Shown here one piece after another: positions 1 through 8,659 of a stretch of 45,131 bases of DNA. Source of the stretch: Candidatus Bathyarchaeia archaeon (GTDB taxonomy: Archaea > Thermoproteota > Bathyarchaeia > Bathyarchaeales > Bathycorpusculaceae); assembly GCA_049516875.1 (NCBI GenBank), contig JBEKSS010000013.1, positions 1 through 45,131 of the forward strand. Reading direction: 5' to 3'. The position numbers and the translations under genes were made by a program. How positions within the stretch are numbered: the stretch's first letter is position 1; each line of letters opens with the position of its first letter. Under the pieces are notes generated by a model, which did not search any database, was not told the DNA's origin, and saw only the letters and a list, made by a program, of their open reading frames with translations.

Positions 1-22
1 TTATGGCTTCAGTCTTCGGCAT
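1..22 (-). CDS. 5' end of a gene running off the left edge (MPKTEAI...)
   Basis: ATG at 22 on the minus strand, preceded by SD-like GTGGTG and AT-rich TATA-like boxes at about 52-71. Only 7 codons are visible. Confidence 0.4.
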
Positions 23-196
23 AAAACACCACTTCTTACAGTGTGGCGGATGCTTAAATACCCTTTATAAAAGCCCTATGTTGCCAGCGTATAGAGGCTT
101 CCCGCGCATCCCTTTTTTCTGTAAGCGCGCGGTTCCGATTCTTCACTGCACCAAACTCATAACATAGAACGTGCCCTTGCTTGCCCTTGGGTTAGA

Positions 197-424
197 ATGC
201 AAATGAGACAAAAACAGAATGTCGTACTTTATCTTGACAAAGAACTAGTCGAGAAGACTCACAAATTGGGGTTTTATCTCACAAAAACCTTTGAAAACCA
301 CTTAAAACAATTTTTAACTCAATTTTCAACAGGTCCTACGGAAAACAACTTCAATTCTACTGAAAAGAGAAGAGAGTGGTGGGGCTGCCCGTCCCCATAC
401 CCAATTGGGTTCAAGTACTGTTAA
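197..424 (+). CDS. CcdA/VapB-like ribbon-helix-helix antitoxin-type small DNA-binding protein
   Basis: NVVLYLDKELVEKTHKLGFYLTKTFENHLK fits the RHH beta-helix-helix pattern of archaeal CcdA-like antitoxins. The C-terminus runs through a tRNA-end fragment. Confidence 0.5.
   Translation: MQMRQKQNVVLYLDKELVEKTHKLGFYLTKTFENHLKQFLTQFSTGPTENNFNSTEKRREWWGCPSPYPIGFKYC
377..391 (-). repeat. Isolated tRNA 3'-end fragment (CGGGCAGCCCCACCA), possible att-site relic
   Basis: Reverse complement of TGGTGGGGCTGCCCG reads as part of the T-stem 3' strand, acceptor strand CAGCCCC, discriminator A and CCA (tRNA-Pro-like). The rest of the tRNA is absent. Confidence 0.5.
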
Positions 425-746
425 TGACCATGTTTGGGACAGATTTTGGATGATGTGTTAAGATAACGAGTGCATACGAAATCATGTATATAGAAATCGC
501 TGAGTATTATAGATTTGAGGTCTCGACGTCTCTAAGAGTCCAACCGGAAAGAAGAAAAAAGGAAGTAAAAAGAAAACTAAGTAGAGAGCTAACAAAGATA
601 TAGGTTATTCTCCTTTTTTTCACATTTTCGGGATGCCTTTACATTAAAGGGAACGATAGTTTGGTGAAGCCGCTGAAAGTCTCCGTGTTGTATAGTTAGA
701 TTTGACTGCTACAGCTTAGAATGCATGCGCAGATTTGAGGCGTAAA

Positions 747-883
747 TTATTTAGCGAACTTCTTTGGATGGCATTTGAATTTTTTCTTGCAACTCGCAGA
801 GCAGAAGTAGTATGTCTCCAGAAATTTATCTTGAATTTTGCTGTTTTTTCGTCGAGCACAGTGCCGCACACAGGATCTCTCAA
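747..883 (-). pseudogene. YHS/TRASH-domain metal-binding protein, frameshifted
   Basis: TTG start gives MRDPVCGTVLDEKTAKFKINF. After a frameshift at about 819-820 it continues ETYYFCSASCKKKFKCHPKKFAK*. DPVCG...YYFCS..C is the YHS signature. Not in the ORF track. Confidence 0.8.
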
Positions 884-1211
884 TCAATAGCCCCTACATT
901 CTTTGATGAAGGTACAACATAAGATAGAATGGTTTCAGTAATGCTTGGCAAATGCGGGATAGAACAATTCTCTAACATTTCAACTCTCACAGAACCTTTA
1001 TCTGTTCAATTTTTCTGGTTAGGATTTCAACACTCAAGTCGTTGTTGATGTGGATCATTGGTTTGTTGCAAGCGGCGCGCGCGCTTTTCGACCCCGTTAT
1101 TTCCTAGATTAGTCCCTTTAGTATTTTGCAAACAATTTCCAAAGCAGAAATGTATCAAAAGGTATCAACTCTTAAATTTTGCAATTTTAACTTCGTTCTG
1201 GAAGGCATAAA

Positions 1212-1493
1212 ATGTTTCAATATTTTGAGGCTGCAAGAGTTGGGAGTTGGCTTGGATGGATTTTCAATTTTGGTTTTGGGAGTGTTCTCTTTGGTGTGCT
1301 TCCTTTTGAGCGTACTGTGATGGTCTTCCCCCTTTCCATACTCATTCTCATGTGTTATGCGGATGTGTTAAAGAACCCGTCAAAAAATGTCATTAACACA
1401 CAGAAAACTACGAGAAAGTATGGAATTATTGGGGTAACAGTGCTATGGGCTTATGCACTACTCGCAAAAATAGCCAGCTTTTATAGGGCTTAG
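1212..1493 (+). CDS. Small hydrophobic membrane protein or remnant
   Basis: 93-aa ORF with about 3 hydrophobic segments in AT-rich sequence. No family recognised. Confidence 0.35.
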   Translation: MFQYFEAARVGSWLGWIFNFGFGSVLFGVLPFERTVMVFPLSILILMCYADVLKNPSKNVINTQKTTRKYGIIGVTVLWAYALLAKIASFYRA

Positions 1494-1641
1494 GACGCAA
1501 GCTTGAAAAGGCATATACGAGTTTGCTGCACCTAATTATAACCCATCACTTAAATGCGAAGTGAATGCTGTGTCTAAAACCGGAATCTAGGATAAGGGAG
1601 CCGCGTAAAAATATCCTTAGGCTGCTCTGTTGTTTAATCGC

Positions 1642-1648
1642 TTTATAA
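1642..1648 (+). promoter_or_regulatory. TATA box of alba
   Basis: TTTATAA about 100 nt upstream of the alba ATG. SD GGAGTGA at about 1738-1744. Confidence 0.55.
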
Positions 1649-1750
1649 GGAAGTTTGCGTATTATGGGGCAGTAGCGTTCTGTTGTTGAAGGACGAGAAG
1701 AACACAGCAACATTGCACGTTACAATCAATGATGAAAGGAGTGATGTAAA

Positions 1751-2038
1751 ATGTCGGAAAAATCGGGAATTGTTTTCATTGGAAGTAAAACACCAATGGA
1801 CTATGTTCTAGCGATTATTACAAGCCTATCGGCGAGCAATGCTAAGGAAGTAATCTTGAAGGCCAGAGGACGAGCAATTGCCACAGCTGTTGACGCAGCT
1901 GAAATAACCAGAGGCCGCTTCCTAAAAGACCTAAAAATAAGCAGAATCACAATAGGGACAGAGGAGATGCCACCGAGAGAAGGCGAAAATAGATCACGGA
2001 TGGTTTCGACAATTGAAATAGCGCTTGCAAAAGAGTAG
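1751..2038 (+). CDS. albA: DNA/RNA-binding chromatin protein Alba
   Basis: Alba motifs VFIG.K..MDYVLA, KARGRAI..AVD, RF and VSTIEIAL. Confidence 0.95.
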   Translation: MSEKSGIVFIGSKTPMDYVLAIITSLSASNAKEVILKARGRAIATAVDAAEITRGRFLKDLKISRITIGTEEMPPREGENRSRMVSTIEIALAKE

Positions 2039-2427
2039 GAAAACCTTGCGAAACACGCGTGCTAAGTAAACATTAAGGCACCGCGGGTCTCTAAATGTTC
2101 CGAAAAATAGGTTTTTGACGATTTTTGTTTTCTCCCGATACCTTAGGCTTTAAGAACTCTAACAGACCCAAACGCCTTTTTGCGAAGCGCAATATGACCC
2201 TATCGGGTTATGTCATTGCGAAGCACATTCAACCTTCCAATTTTCTTTTGTTCTACGAATTGAAAGAAGTGTTTTAAAAACAGGTGAACAAGAACTTTTG
2301 AAAAGATTAGAAGAGATCGAAAAATGGGGGAATGAGAGGCCTGTAGACTTGATGCCTTATGCCTTCTCCACCAACATCGGCTTTACTTGCGGCTTTTTTT
2401 GCCTTTTTTGAGCCGTATTCGGTGTGC

Positions 2428-2598
2428 CTAAATAATCTTCTTGCTTAGTACTTCTCGGAAGGGCTTCTTGCACTTTGGACAGTCGAAAAGGCCGATTTCT
2501 AACTGAGTTCTTTTTCCAGCTTTGGACGGGCGTCCGGCCATTGTCCACTTCTTCTTAGGCGATGAAACAACTGTTCCACATTTTTTACATTTTCCCAT
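2428..2598 (-). CDS. Cren7-like chromatin protein with zinc-ribbon cysteines (56 aa)
   Basis: Manual translation MGKCKKCGTVVSSPKKKWTMAGRPSKAGKRTQLEIGLFDCPKCKKPFREVLSKKII*. Cren7 pattern P.K.W....,IGLF....K.FR. SD GGAGG at 2606-2610. Below the ORF-track size cutoff. Confidence 0.8.
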   Translation of the reverse strand: MGKCKKCGTVVSSPKKKWTMAGRPSKAGKRTQLEIGLFDCPKCKKPFREVLSKKII

Positions 2599-2624
2599 TT
2601 AATTTCCTCCAGTATATCTTGATA

Positions 2625-2637
2625 ACCATCTGATGGT
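2625..2637. promoter_or_regulatory. Palindrome ACCATC-T-GATGGT between the TATA-like box and start of the Cren7-like gene
   Basis: Perfect 6-bp arms directly downstream of minus-strand TTTTATCT (2641-2648). Confidence 0.45.
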
Positions 2638-2874
2638 GATAGATAAAACACTTTCCATCGATATCGTTTGGCAGACTTTTCTTAACAACCGTGATGAAAT
2701 GCGTTATTCAGTAACATTTGAAGGGGTGTGCGCAGTTCCTGCAGAATTAGTCTTCTATTCCACATAACTTCATTGGGTTGACCACTCTTTACATGTTGGA
2801 CATACTTTCCAAAATCCTTTTACCGCGGGGTTTCAAGCTTATTCAATCTGGTTTCGAGGTAGGTTAGGCAAATA

Positions 2875-5754
2875 TTGAAGGATAGTCCGGCAAATGCTTT
2901 TGAGTTGCTTGTAAAGCCTGTGCGAAAGCTTATTGACAAGAAGGGATTTCCGAGGCCGACTGAACCTCAAGAAAAAACTATTCCCCTGATTCTTGAAGGA
3001 AAAAATGTTCTCCTGATTTCGCCTACGGCTACCGGCAAAACTGAAGCTGCGTTCTTGCCGGTCTTAAGCACGCTTCTTCAGGGACAGCAGGGAGTGCCGG
3101 GAATCAAGGTTTTGTACATCACTCCACTGCGGGCCCTAAACAGGGATATGCTTGAGCGGCTTGAATGGTGGTGCAACAATTTGGACATAAAACTGGCCGT
3201 CAGGCACGGAGACACTGAAACGAAAGAGAGAGTGCGACAGTCCAGAAGTCCGCCGGACATTTTGATTACGACTCCTGAGACTCTGCAGGCGATTCTGTCT
3301 GGCTGGATCATGCGCCAACATCTGCAGAGAGTGCAGTGGGTGATTGTCGATGAAGTGCATGAAATGGCAGACAGTAAGCGCGGAAGCCAGCTTGCGTTAG
3401 CTCTGGAACGACTCAGAGCCATGATTGGCAAAGACTTCCAACTGATAGGCTTGTCCGCAACGATCGGCAGTCCAGAAAAAGTCGGCCAGTTTCTCGTTGG
3501 CAAAGGTCGAAATGTCGAGATCGTGCGTGTTCCAGTTGCCAGAATGATGCATTTGAAAATCATTTTTCCAACGCCTGACGACGAAGACATGCGACTGTCG
3601 GCGCAACTCTACACGCATCCGGAGGTTGCGGCTCGATTGCGAATCATTCGCGATTACATCAAAGAACACAAGTCTGTGCTGCTTTTCACGAACACTCGCG
3701 CAGTGTCTGAAGTTCTGGCGAGCAGATTCAAGGTTTGGGACATTGACTTCCCGGTGTCTATACATCACGGTTCGCTTGCAAAGCCATCCCGCATTGCCGC
3801 TGAGAAAGGGTTGAAGAGCGGCGAATTGAAGGGACTTGTCTGCACAAGTTCACTTGAACTGGGCATTGACGTAGGCAGCATAGACCTTGTTATTCAGTAT
3901 ATGAGCCCAAGGCAGGCAACGCGGCTCATTCAACGTGTGGGCAGAAGCGGCCACAGAATCGGCCGAGTAGCTGAGGGAATAATAGTAGCGTTGGACTCCG
4001 ATGATGCGCTTGAGGCTTTAGCCATAGCTAAGAAGGCGTTGAAAGAGGATCTGGAGCCTGTGCAGATTCCCCCCAAGCCCTATGACGTTCTTGCACATCA
4101 AATTGCAGGGCTGTTGCTTAGGAACAGACGGCTTGGGTTCGGCGAGATTTTGGAGCTCTTCAAGAACGCTTATCCCTATGAAGACTTGACGGTCGAAGAT
4201 ATTGAGAAAGTTCTCAGGTACATGCATCAGCGCTTTCCGCGTTTAGCCTGGGTCTCATTCGAGGATAAGATGGTTTTGAAGCCGCGGCAAACCAAAGCCC
4301 TTTTTGAGTATTACTTCGACAACCTGTCCATGATTCCTGAGGAGAAACAGTTCCTCGTCGTTGACGAGACAAGCGACTCCTCGGTCGGGGTTTTAGATGA
4401 GGCGTTCATGGCTGAGCACGGCAAGGCCGGAACGAAGTTCATCATCAGAGGAAGCCCATGGATAATTCAGCACGTTTCCGAGGAGAGGGTACACGTCAAA
4501 CCAATAGATGATCCTACAGGAGCCATACCCAGCTGGATAGGGGAAGAGATTCCAGTACCTTTTGAAGTTTCGCAGGAAGTAGGCGCCATCAGAGGATTCG
4601 TTGAAGAACAATGCAAGAAGAAGGCTTCGCCCGAGGACATCGCCTCCGCGTTAAGTGAACGGTATCCTGCTGACAAGGATGTCATTCTGCGTGCGCTGGC
4701 GGAGACTGTCGAGCATGTAAACGCGGGTCATCCTGTTCCTACGGACAAGCGAATAATCGTCGAAGACTGGGGCGAGTTCGTTCTGATTCAGGCTAACTTC
4801 GGCTCGCTTGCGAACAGGGCGTTGGCTCAATTGCTGGGCCAGTTGCTTTCTGAGAAGATCGGATATACCGCCGTGGTTCAACATGATCCGTACCGAATCT
4901 TTGTGCAGACGATGGGTACAGTCAACGCGGATCAAATTGTCAAGTTGCTCACTGACATGCAAGCCTTGCCCGAACAAGCGGTTAGAGACGGTCTGACAGC
5001 GGCCACTGTGAAAACTGGGCTCTTCAAGAGGCGATTGATACACGTGGGACGCCGTTTCGGGGCGTTGAAAAAATGGGCTGACTTCGGCAGTGTCAGTCTT
5101 CAGAAGTTGGCGAAGAGTTTTGAGGAAACGCCGATTCACGAAGAAGCCTTGAAAGAAGTGTTCACCAAGGACTTGGACTTGGAGAAGCTCATCCGTGTTC
5201 TTGGAGAGATGCGGAAGGGCGAAATTACGGTTCAGAGAATTGAAACTGGCGGAAACGCGTCGCCAATTGCTCGTGCAGGCATTGAACGCATGAGCATGAA
5301 AACCGATTTGATTCCTCCTGAGAGAATGCGAGCCGTGCTCATAGAGTCAGCAAAGGCGAGACTGCTTAACGAGACAAGCAGTTTTCTGTGCACAAACTGC
5401 TGGGGCTACATGGAAATGATGAGAATAAAGGATTTGCCTGACAGGCCGAAATGTCCAAAGTGCGGTTCGTTTGCCATTGGGCTTCTCAAGGTTGAAGAGG
5501 AGAAAGCGCTGCCCATGGTTGAACAGGAAAGCGAAAAGCTGACTAAGAGTGAAGAGAAACTGCACAATCAAGCCTTACAAACAGCTCAGGTGATAGAGAA
5601 GTATGGAAAAGTCGCTGCAGTTGCTTTTAGTGCCAGACGGATGCAACCTTCGGACGTTAGAGCGGTTCTGGAGAAGGAATCTAAGCTCAATGACAGATTC
5701 TATGAACTCGTCCTTGAAGCGGAACGCAAGGCCATGAGCAAGAGATTCTGGTAA
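2875..5754 (+). CDS. lhr: Archaeal Lhr-family SF2 DEAH helicase with C-terminal Cys/Zn motif
   Basis: SPTATGKT, YITPLRALNRD, TTPE, DEVH, SAT, HHGSL, TSSLELGIDVG, QRVGRSGH, PSWIGE; C-terminal CTNC...CPKC. Confidence 0.93.
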   Translation: MKDSPANAFELLVKPVRKLIDKKGFPRPTEPQEKTIPLILEGKNVLLISPTATGKTEAAFLPVLSTLLQGQQGVPGIKVLYITPLRALNRDMLERLEWWCNNLDIKLAVRHGDTETKERVRQSRSPPDILITTPETLQAILSGWIMRQHLQRVQWVIVDEVHEMADSKRGSQLALALERLRAMIGKDFQLIGLSATIGSPEKVGQFLVGKGRNVEIVRVPVARMMHLKIIFPTPDDEDMRLSAQLYTHPEVAARLRIIRDYIKEHKSVLLFTNTRAVSEVLASRFKVWDIDFPVSIHHGSLAKPSRIAAEKGLKSGELKGLVCTSSLELGIDVGSIDLVIQYMSPRQATRLIQRVGRSGHRIGRVAEGIIVALDSDDALEALAIAKKALKEDLEPVQIPPKPYDVLAHQIAGLLLRNRRLGFGEILELFKNAYPYEDLTVEDIEKVLRYMHQRFPRLAWVSFEDKMVLKPRQTKALFEYYFDNLSMIPEEKQFLVVDETSDSSVGVLDEAFMAEHGKAGTKFIIRGSPWIIQHVSEERVHVKPIDDPTGAIPSWIGEEIPVPFEVSQEVGAIRGFVEEQCKKKASPEDIASALSERYPADKDVILRALAETVEHVNAGHPVPTDKRIIVEDWGEFVLIQANFGSLANRALAQLLGQLLSEKIGYTAVVQHDPYRIFVQTMGTVNADQIVKLLTDMQALPEQAVRDGLTAATVKTGLFKRRLIHVGRRFGALKKWADFGSVSLQKLAKSFEETPIHEEALKEVFTKDLDLEKLIRVLGEMRKGEITVQRIETGGNASPIARAGIERMSMKTDLIPPERMRAVLIESAKARLLNETSSFLCTNCWGYMEMMRIKDLPDRPKCPKCGSFAIGLLKVEEEKALPMVEQESEKLTKSEEKLHNQALQTAQVIEKYGKVAAVAFSARRMQPSDVRAVLEKESKLNDRFYELVLEAERKAMSKRFW

Positions 5755-5935
5755 ACCCACAGACCTTCCTCTTGAACAAGAAGAGATTTGAGTTTGGCCG
5801 TCTCCAACATCATATGCGGACAGCATTCTCAGCCAACCTGTCCTGCGTCTTTTGACATTGCAGTCTGCTCAACGTGTGCGTCTTCTGTGAATGGCTGCGA
5901 CCTACAACAAGTTTTAAATGAATGCCTACCTATCT

Positions 5936-5947
5936 GTGCCTAGGCAC
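5936..5947. promoter_or_regulatory. 12-bp perfect palindrome GTGCCTAGGCAC, candidate operator
   Basis: Lies about 17-28 nt downstream of TATA-like TTTTAAAT (5912-5919), upstream of ORF 5977. Confidence 0.4.
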
Positions 5948-5976
5948 CTTACCGCTCATCATGTGAGGAAAACCCT

Positions 5977-6303
5977 TTGGAAATAAGTCGAAAAAAGCTT
6001 CGAGAAGAGGTCCTTGAAAGAATCAAGTATGTCAAGACGTGTGTTTTGGCGAGGGAAGCTTGCCTGCTCGTCCGAACTAACCGAGCCGTGCTCGAACCGA
6101 AGGACGTTCAGGAAATCTGCCTTTCGATATCAAAGCTCTGCAAGGAAGAGGGCTGCCAAGAACAAAGCGAAATGTGCAGTAAGGCTGCTGAGGCTGTAGG
6201 ATCTGGAGAGGAAGAGAAATACCTTGAACTGTGCGCTCAGAGCTGTTTGAAGTGCGGAGAGGCTCGTCAGCCAGCGCCGAAGAAAGCCACGTACGTGGCT
6301 TGA
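5977..6303 (+). CDS. Cys-rich helical hypothetical protein
   Basis: 108 aa with 9 Cys in helical spacing, including CAQSCLKC. Preceded by SD GAGG and a TATA-like box. Confidence 0.75.
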   Translation: MEISRKKLREEVLERIKYVKTCVLAREACLLVRTNRAVLEPKDVQEICLSISKLCKEEGCQEQSEMCSKAAEAVGSGEEEKYLELCAQSCLKCGEARQPAPKKATYVA

Positions 6304-6385
6304 AACATCGAAAGTATTTAAAGCAACAAGACCGTTGGTTAAAGCAAAAAAACAAGAAGCCGCATGGTAACCGAGGTCAGACAGC

Positions 6386-6862
6386 GTGTTCATAGCACCT
6401 TTTGTTCCCAGTCCGCCTCAAGTTGTTCGTCAAATGTTAGTGTTGGCTGAGTTGAAACCCGGCGAAGTTTTCTTCGACTTGGGAGCAGGTGACGGCAGAA
6501 CGGTGATAATGGCCGCAAAGGATTTTGGAGCAAGAGCAGTAGGCGTGGAACTGCGAGAGGACCTAGTCAAGAAGGCTTTAGGCACGGTTTATGAACAGAA
6601 CCTGCAAGACAGGATAACCATAGTAAACGGGGACATGTTCAACGTTGACCTAACCTCTGCGGACGTCATCTTCTTGTACTTGACCACGAGTGCAAACGAG
6701 AAGATCAAGGGAAAGCTTGAGACCGAACTCAAGCGGGGCGTGCGGATCGTTTCTCACGACTACGAGATTGTCGGATGGAAACCCGTGAAAGTCGTGAATT
6801 TCTGTGAAAACCAGACCTTGGGATTTCCTTCACACACGATTTATCTCTACGAGAAACCCTAG
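6386..6862 (+). CDS. Class I SAM methyltransferase, aKMT-like protein-lysine methyltransferase
   Basis: PFVPSPPQVVRQML, DLGAGDGR, GVE, FLYL...N..I..KL, RIVSHDY.I.GW.P, H.IYLY. This matches the crenarchaeal aKMT pattern end to end. Confidence 0.8.
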   Translation: MFIAPFVPSPPQVVRQMLVLAELKPGEVFFDLGAGDGRTVIMAAKDFGARAVGVELREDLVKKALGTVYEQNLQDRITIVNGDMFNVDLTSADVIFLYLTTSANEKIKGKLETELKRGVRIVSHDYEIVGWKPVKVVNFCENQTLGFPSHTIYLYEKP

Positions 6863-6876
6863 TCAGTGGGGATGAT

Positions 6877-7302
6877 ATGCCTACCAATTCTTTCAAGACC
6901 ACGCTAAGAGTGACGTGGGCGGACACTGATGCGGCACAGGTAGTACACTTCTCCAAGTTCTTCGTGTACTTCGAGAGGGCAGAGGAGGAGTTCTACCGAT
7001 CTCTTGGCTTCAACTTCACAGATCTCAGAAACAAAGGATTCTGGCTTCCACGAGTCGAAGCTTTCTGCCAATACAGAAAACCAGCAAGATTCGACGATAT
7101 GCTTGAAGTCGAGTTGACGGTTGAAGAACTGAGGGAAAAGTCGGTGAAATTGGGCTTCAACATTGCTAAGAAAGAAACGGCGGAGTTGCTGACAACCGGT
7201 TACCTGGTGGTTGTGGCGGCCGACAGAAACACTGGGAAAGCCGCGCAGATTCCAAAGGAAATCGGTGACAAGCTGAAGCCTTTTAGCAAGCAGATTTTAT
7301 AA
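6877..7302 (+). CDS. Acyl-CoA thioesterase (YbgC/4HBT hotdog fold)
   Basis: RVTWADTDAAQVVHFSKFFVYFERA and YRKPARFDD. Confidence 0.9.
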   Translation: MPTNSFKTTLRVTWADTDAAQVVHFSKFFVYFERAEEEFYRSLGFNFTDLRNKGFWLPRVEAFCQYRKPARFDDMLEVELTVEELREKSVKLGFNIAKKETAELLTTGYLVVVAADRNTGKAAQIPKEIGDKLKPFSKQIL

Positions 7303-7328
7303 GCCGCGGAGATTCTTGATTCTAAACA

Positions 7329-7871
7329 ATGAACGACACGATGCAGTTTATTCCATGGCGGTACGTTGCAGATTGGAAATGCATTTCATGTGGAGATTGT
7401 TGTAGACTCTACAGTGTGGTCATAGACTTTCGAGAGTGGCTTGGAATCATCAAAAACTACGGCGTGGAGCACACCGTTTCCGGCCTGAATAAGCTGTTCA
7501 TAAACCGAAAAAGCGACGGCTCATGCTTCTTCTTGAACAATGGTTCAAGCGTTTGCCTATGCGGACTACAGCACACAAAGCCTAGGGCCTGTCAACTCTG
7601 GCCGTTCAAAGTTTTGCCAAGACCCCAGTTTGGATACTCAAGCGAGGCCTTGTACCTTTATCGTGGAAAACCGGTTTTTGTGTATGCAGATCCAGTGTGT
7701 AGAGGCCTTAGACTGGGAAGACCCACGTTCGAATTTGCAAATCACACAGTGGAGGAATTTGTGGAAATCGCAGCTGGAATCCGCAGCAACCAGTTCAGAA
7801 CAACTGGTGGCATCGGGTTTTCTCAACCTTCCAGGGACTTCAGAGTTTTGCGCGGCAACTGGTACCTGTAA
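7329..7871 (+). CDS. YkgJ-family CxxCxxCC cysteine-cluster protein
   Basis: CISCGDCC...CFFL...C...KPRACQLWPF...CRG. Confidence 0.85.
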   Translation: MNDTMQFIPWRYVADWKCISCGDCCRLYSVVIDFREWLGIIKNYGVEHTVSGLNKLFINRKSDGSCFFLNNGSSVCLCGLQHTKPRACQLWPFKVLPRPQFGYSSEALYLYRGKPVFVYADPVCRGLRLGRPTFEFANHTVEEFVEIAAGIRSNQFRTTGGIGFSQPSRDFRVLRGNWYL

Positions 7872-7919
7872 CTCTATATCAGTAAAACTTTGTATATCAC
7901 ACTTTTCTTATATAGAGTT
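7870..7919. promoter_or_regulatory. 10-bp inverted repeat AACTCTATAT...ATATAGAGTT upstream of the ArsR operon
   Basis: Perfect arms at 7870-7879 and 7910-7919 with a 30-bp spacer. Internal TATATCA direct repeat. Confidence 0.5.
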
Positions 7920-7961
7920 GCCGTTGGGGATGGCTCGTTGAATGAACTTGAAGCCAGGTAA

Positions 7962-8256
7962 ATGGTGAGAGTGTTGAAGGTATCATCAAATCCGATTAGA
8001 TTGAAAGTGATTGCGTCGCTTAACAGCAAACCCAAAAAACGTTTGCGCGATGGCAAAAGAGCTCGGTCTTCCGTACCCGCTTGCTCATCTTCACTTCAAC
8101 GGTTTAAAGAAACTGGGTTTAGTTAAAGAAATAAGAGAGGAGAAGAAAGTGGAAGGACTTCCAATCGTTAAATATTACGCTCCCTCAGACTTCAAGCTGG
8201 TTCTGACCCCTCGGAATATACAAGAAGTCTTCGGAAAAGAGAAGGAGACGGAGTAG
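7962..8256 (+). pseudogene. ArsR/SmtB-family winged-HTH regulator, frameshifted
   Basis: ATG 7962 gives MVRVLKVSSNPIRLKVIASL. It continues as PKNVCAMAKELGLPYPLAHLH...GLV only after a shift at about 8020-8040 (A6 run 8034-8039). In-frame TAA at 7959 follows LNELEAR. Confidence 0.8.
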
Positions 8257-8257
8257 A

Positions 8258-8659
8258 ATGGCGAGAACATCAATTTTGACCGCTCTCAGCATAATACAAG
8301 GTTTTGGAGTGCCTGCCATCAGCGTCTACTCCTCCGCACAATACGGATTCAACTTTATCGTAGCGGGAATCATCTTCATTTTCGCTCTGATAGTAGCTGG
8401 AATTCTGACAGTCTTGGGCATTGTCCTCGGCGTTCCAGTTTTGGGCAGGCTGTTCCGCAAAGGCAGATTGTACACGACAGACATCGTTGCTGAGGAGAGA
8501 GTTTGCCTTGAAAACGTCGTCTGCGACAATATTTCTGGGAGAGTCATGATTCTTGGCGAAGGCTACGATATCAGCGGCAAAGTCAAGTATTCAGAATCTG
8601 TTTCGACTCGTCCAGCGGCCAAGCTTGCTCATGCTCCAGAGAAGGCCAGCATGAAGTGA
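8258..8659 (+). CDS. Small membrane protein in the ABC operon
   Basis: Two N-terminal hydrophobic segments. Starts 1 nt after the ArsR stop and overlaps the ATPase start. Confidence 0.7.
   Translation: MARTSILTALSIIQGFGVPAISVYSSAQYGFNFIVAGIIFIFALIVAGILTVLGIVLGVPVLGRLFRKGRLYTTDIVAEERVCLENVVCDNISGRVMILGEGYDISGKVKYSESVSTRPAAKLAHAPEKASMK

Noticed and set aside
377-391. Intact tRNA gene
   Set aside because: Only the last 15 nt are present. No T-loop, anticodon arm or D arm adjoins.
2357-2548. 63-aa ORF-track entry on the minus strand
   Set aside because: Alternative frame of the Cren7-like gene (2428-2598), which has the SD and recognisable motifs.
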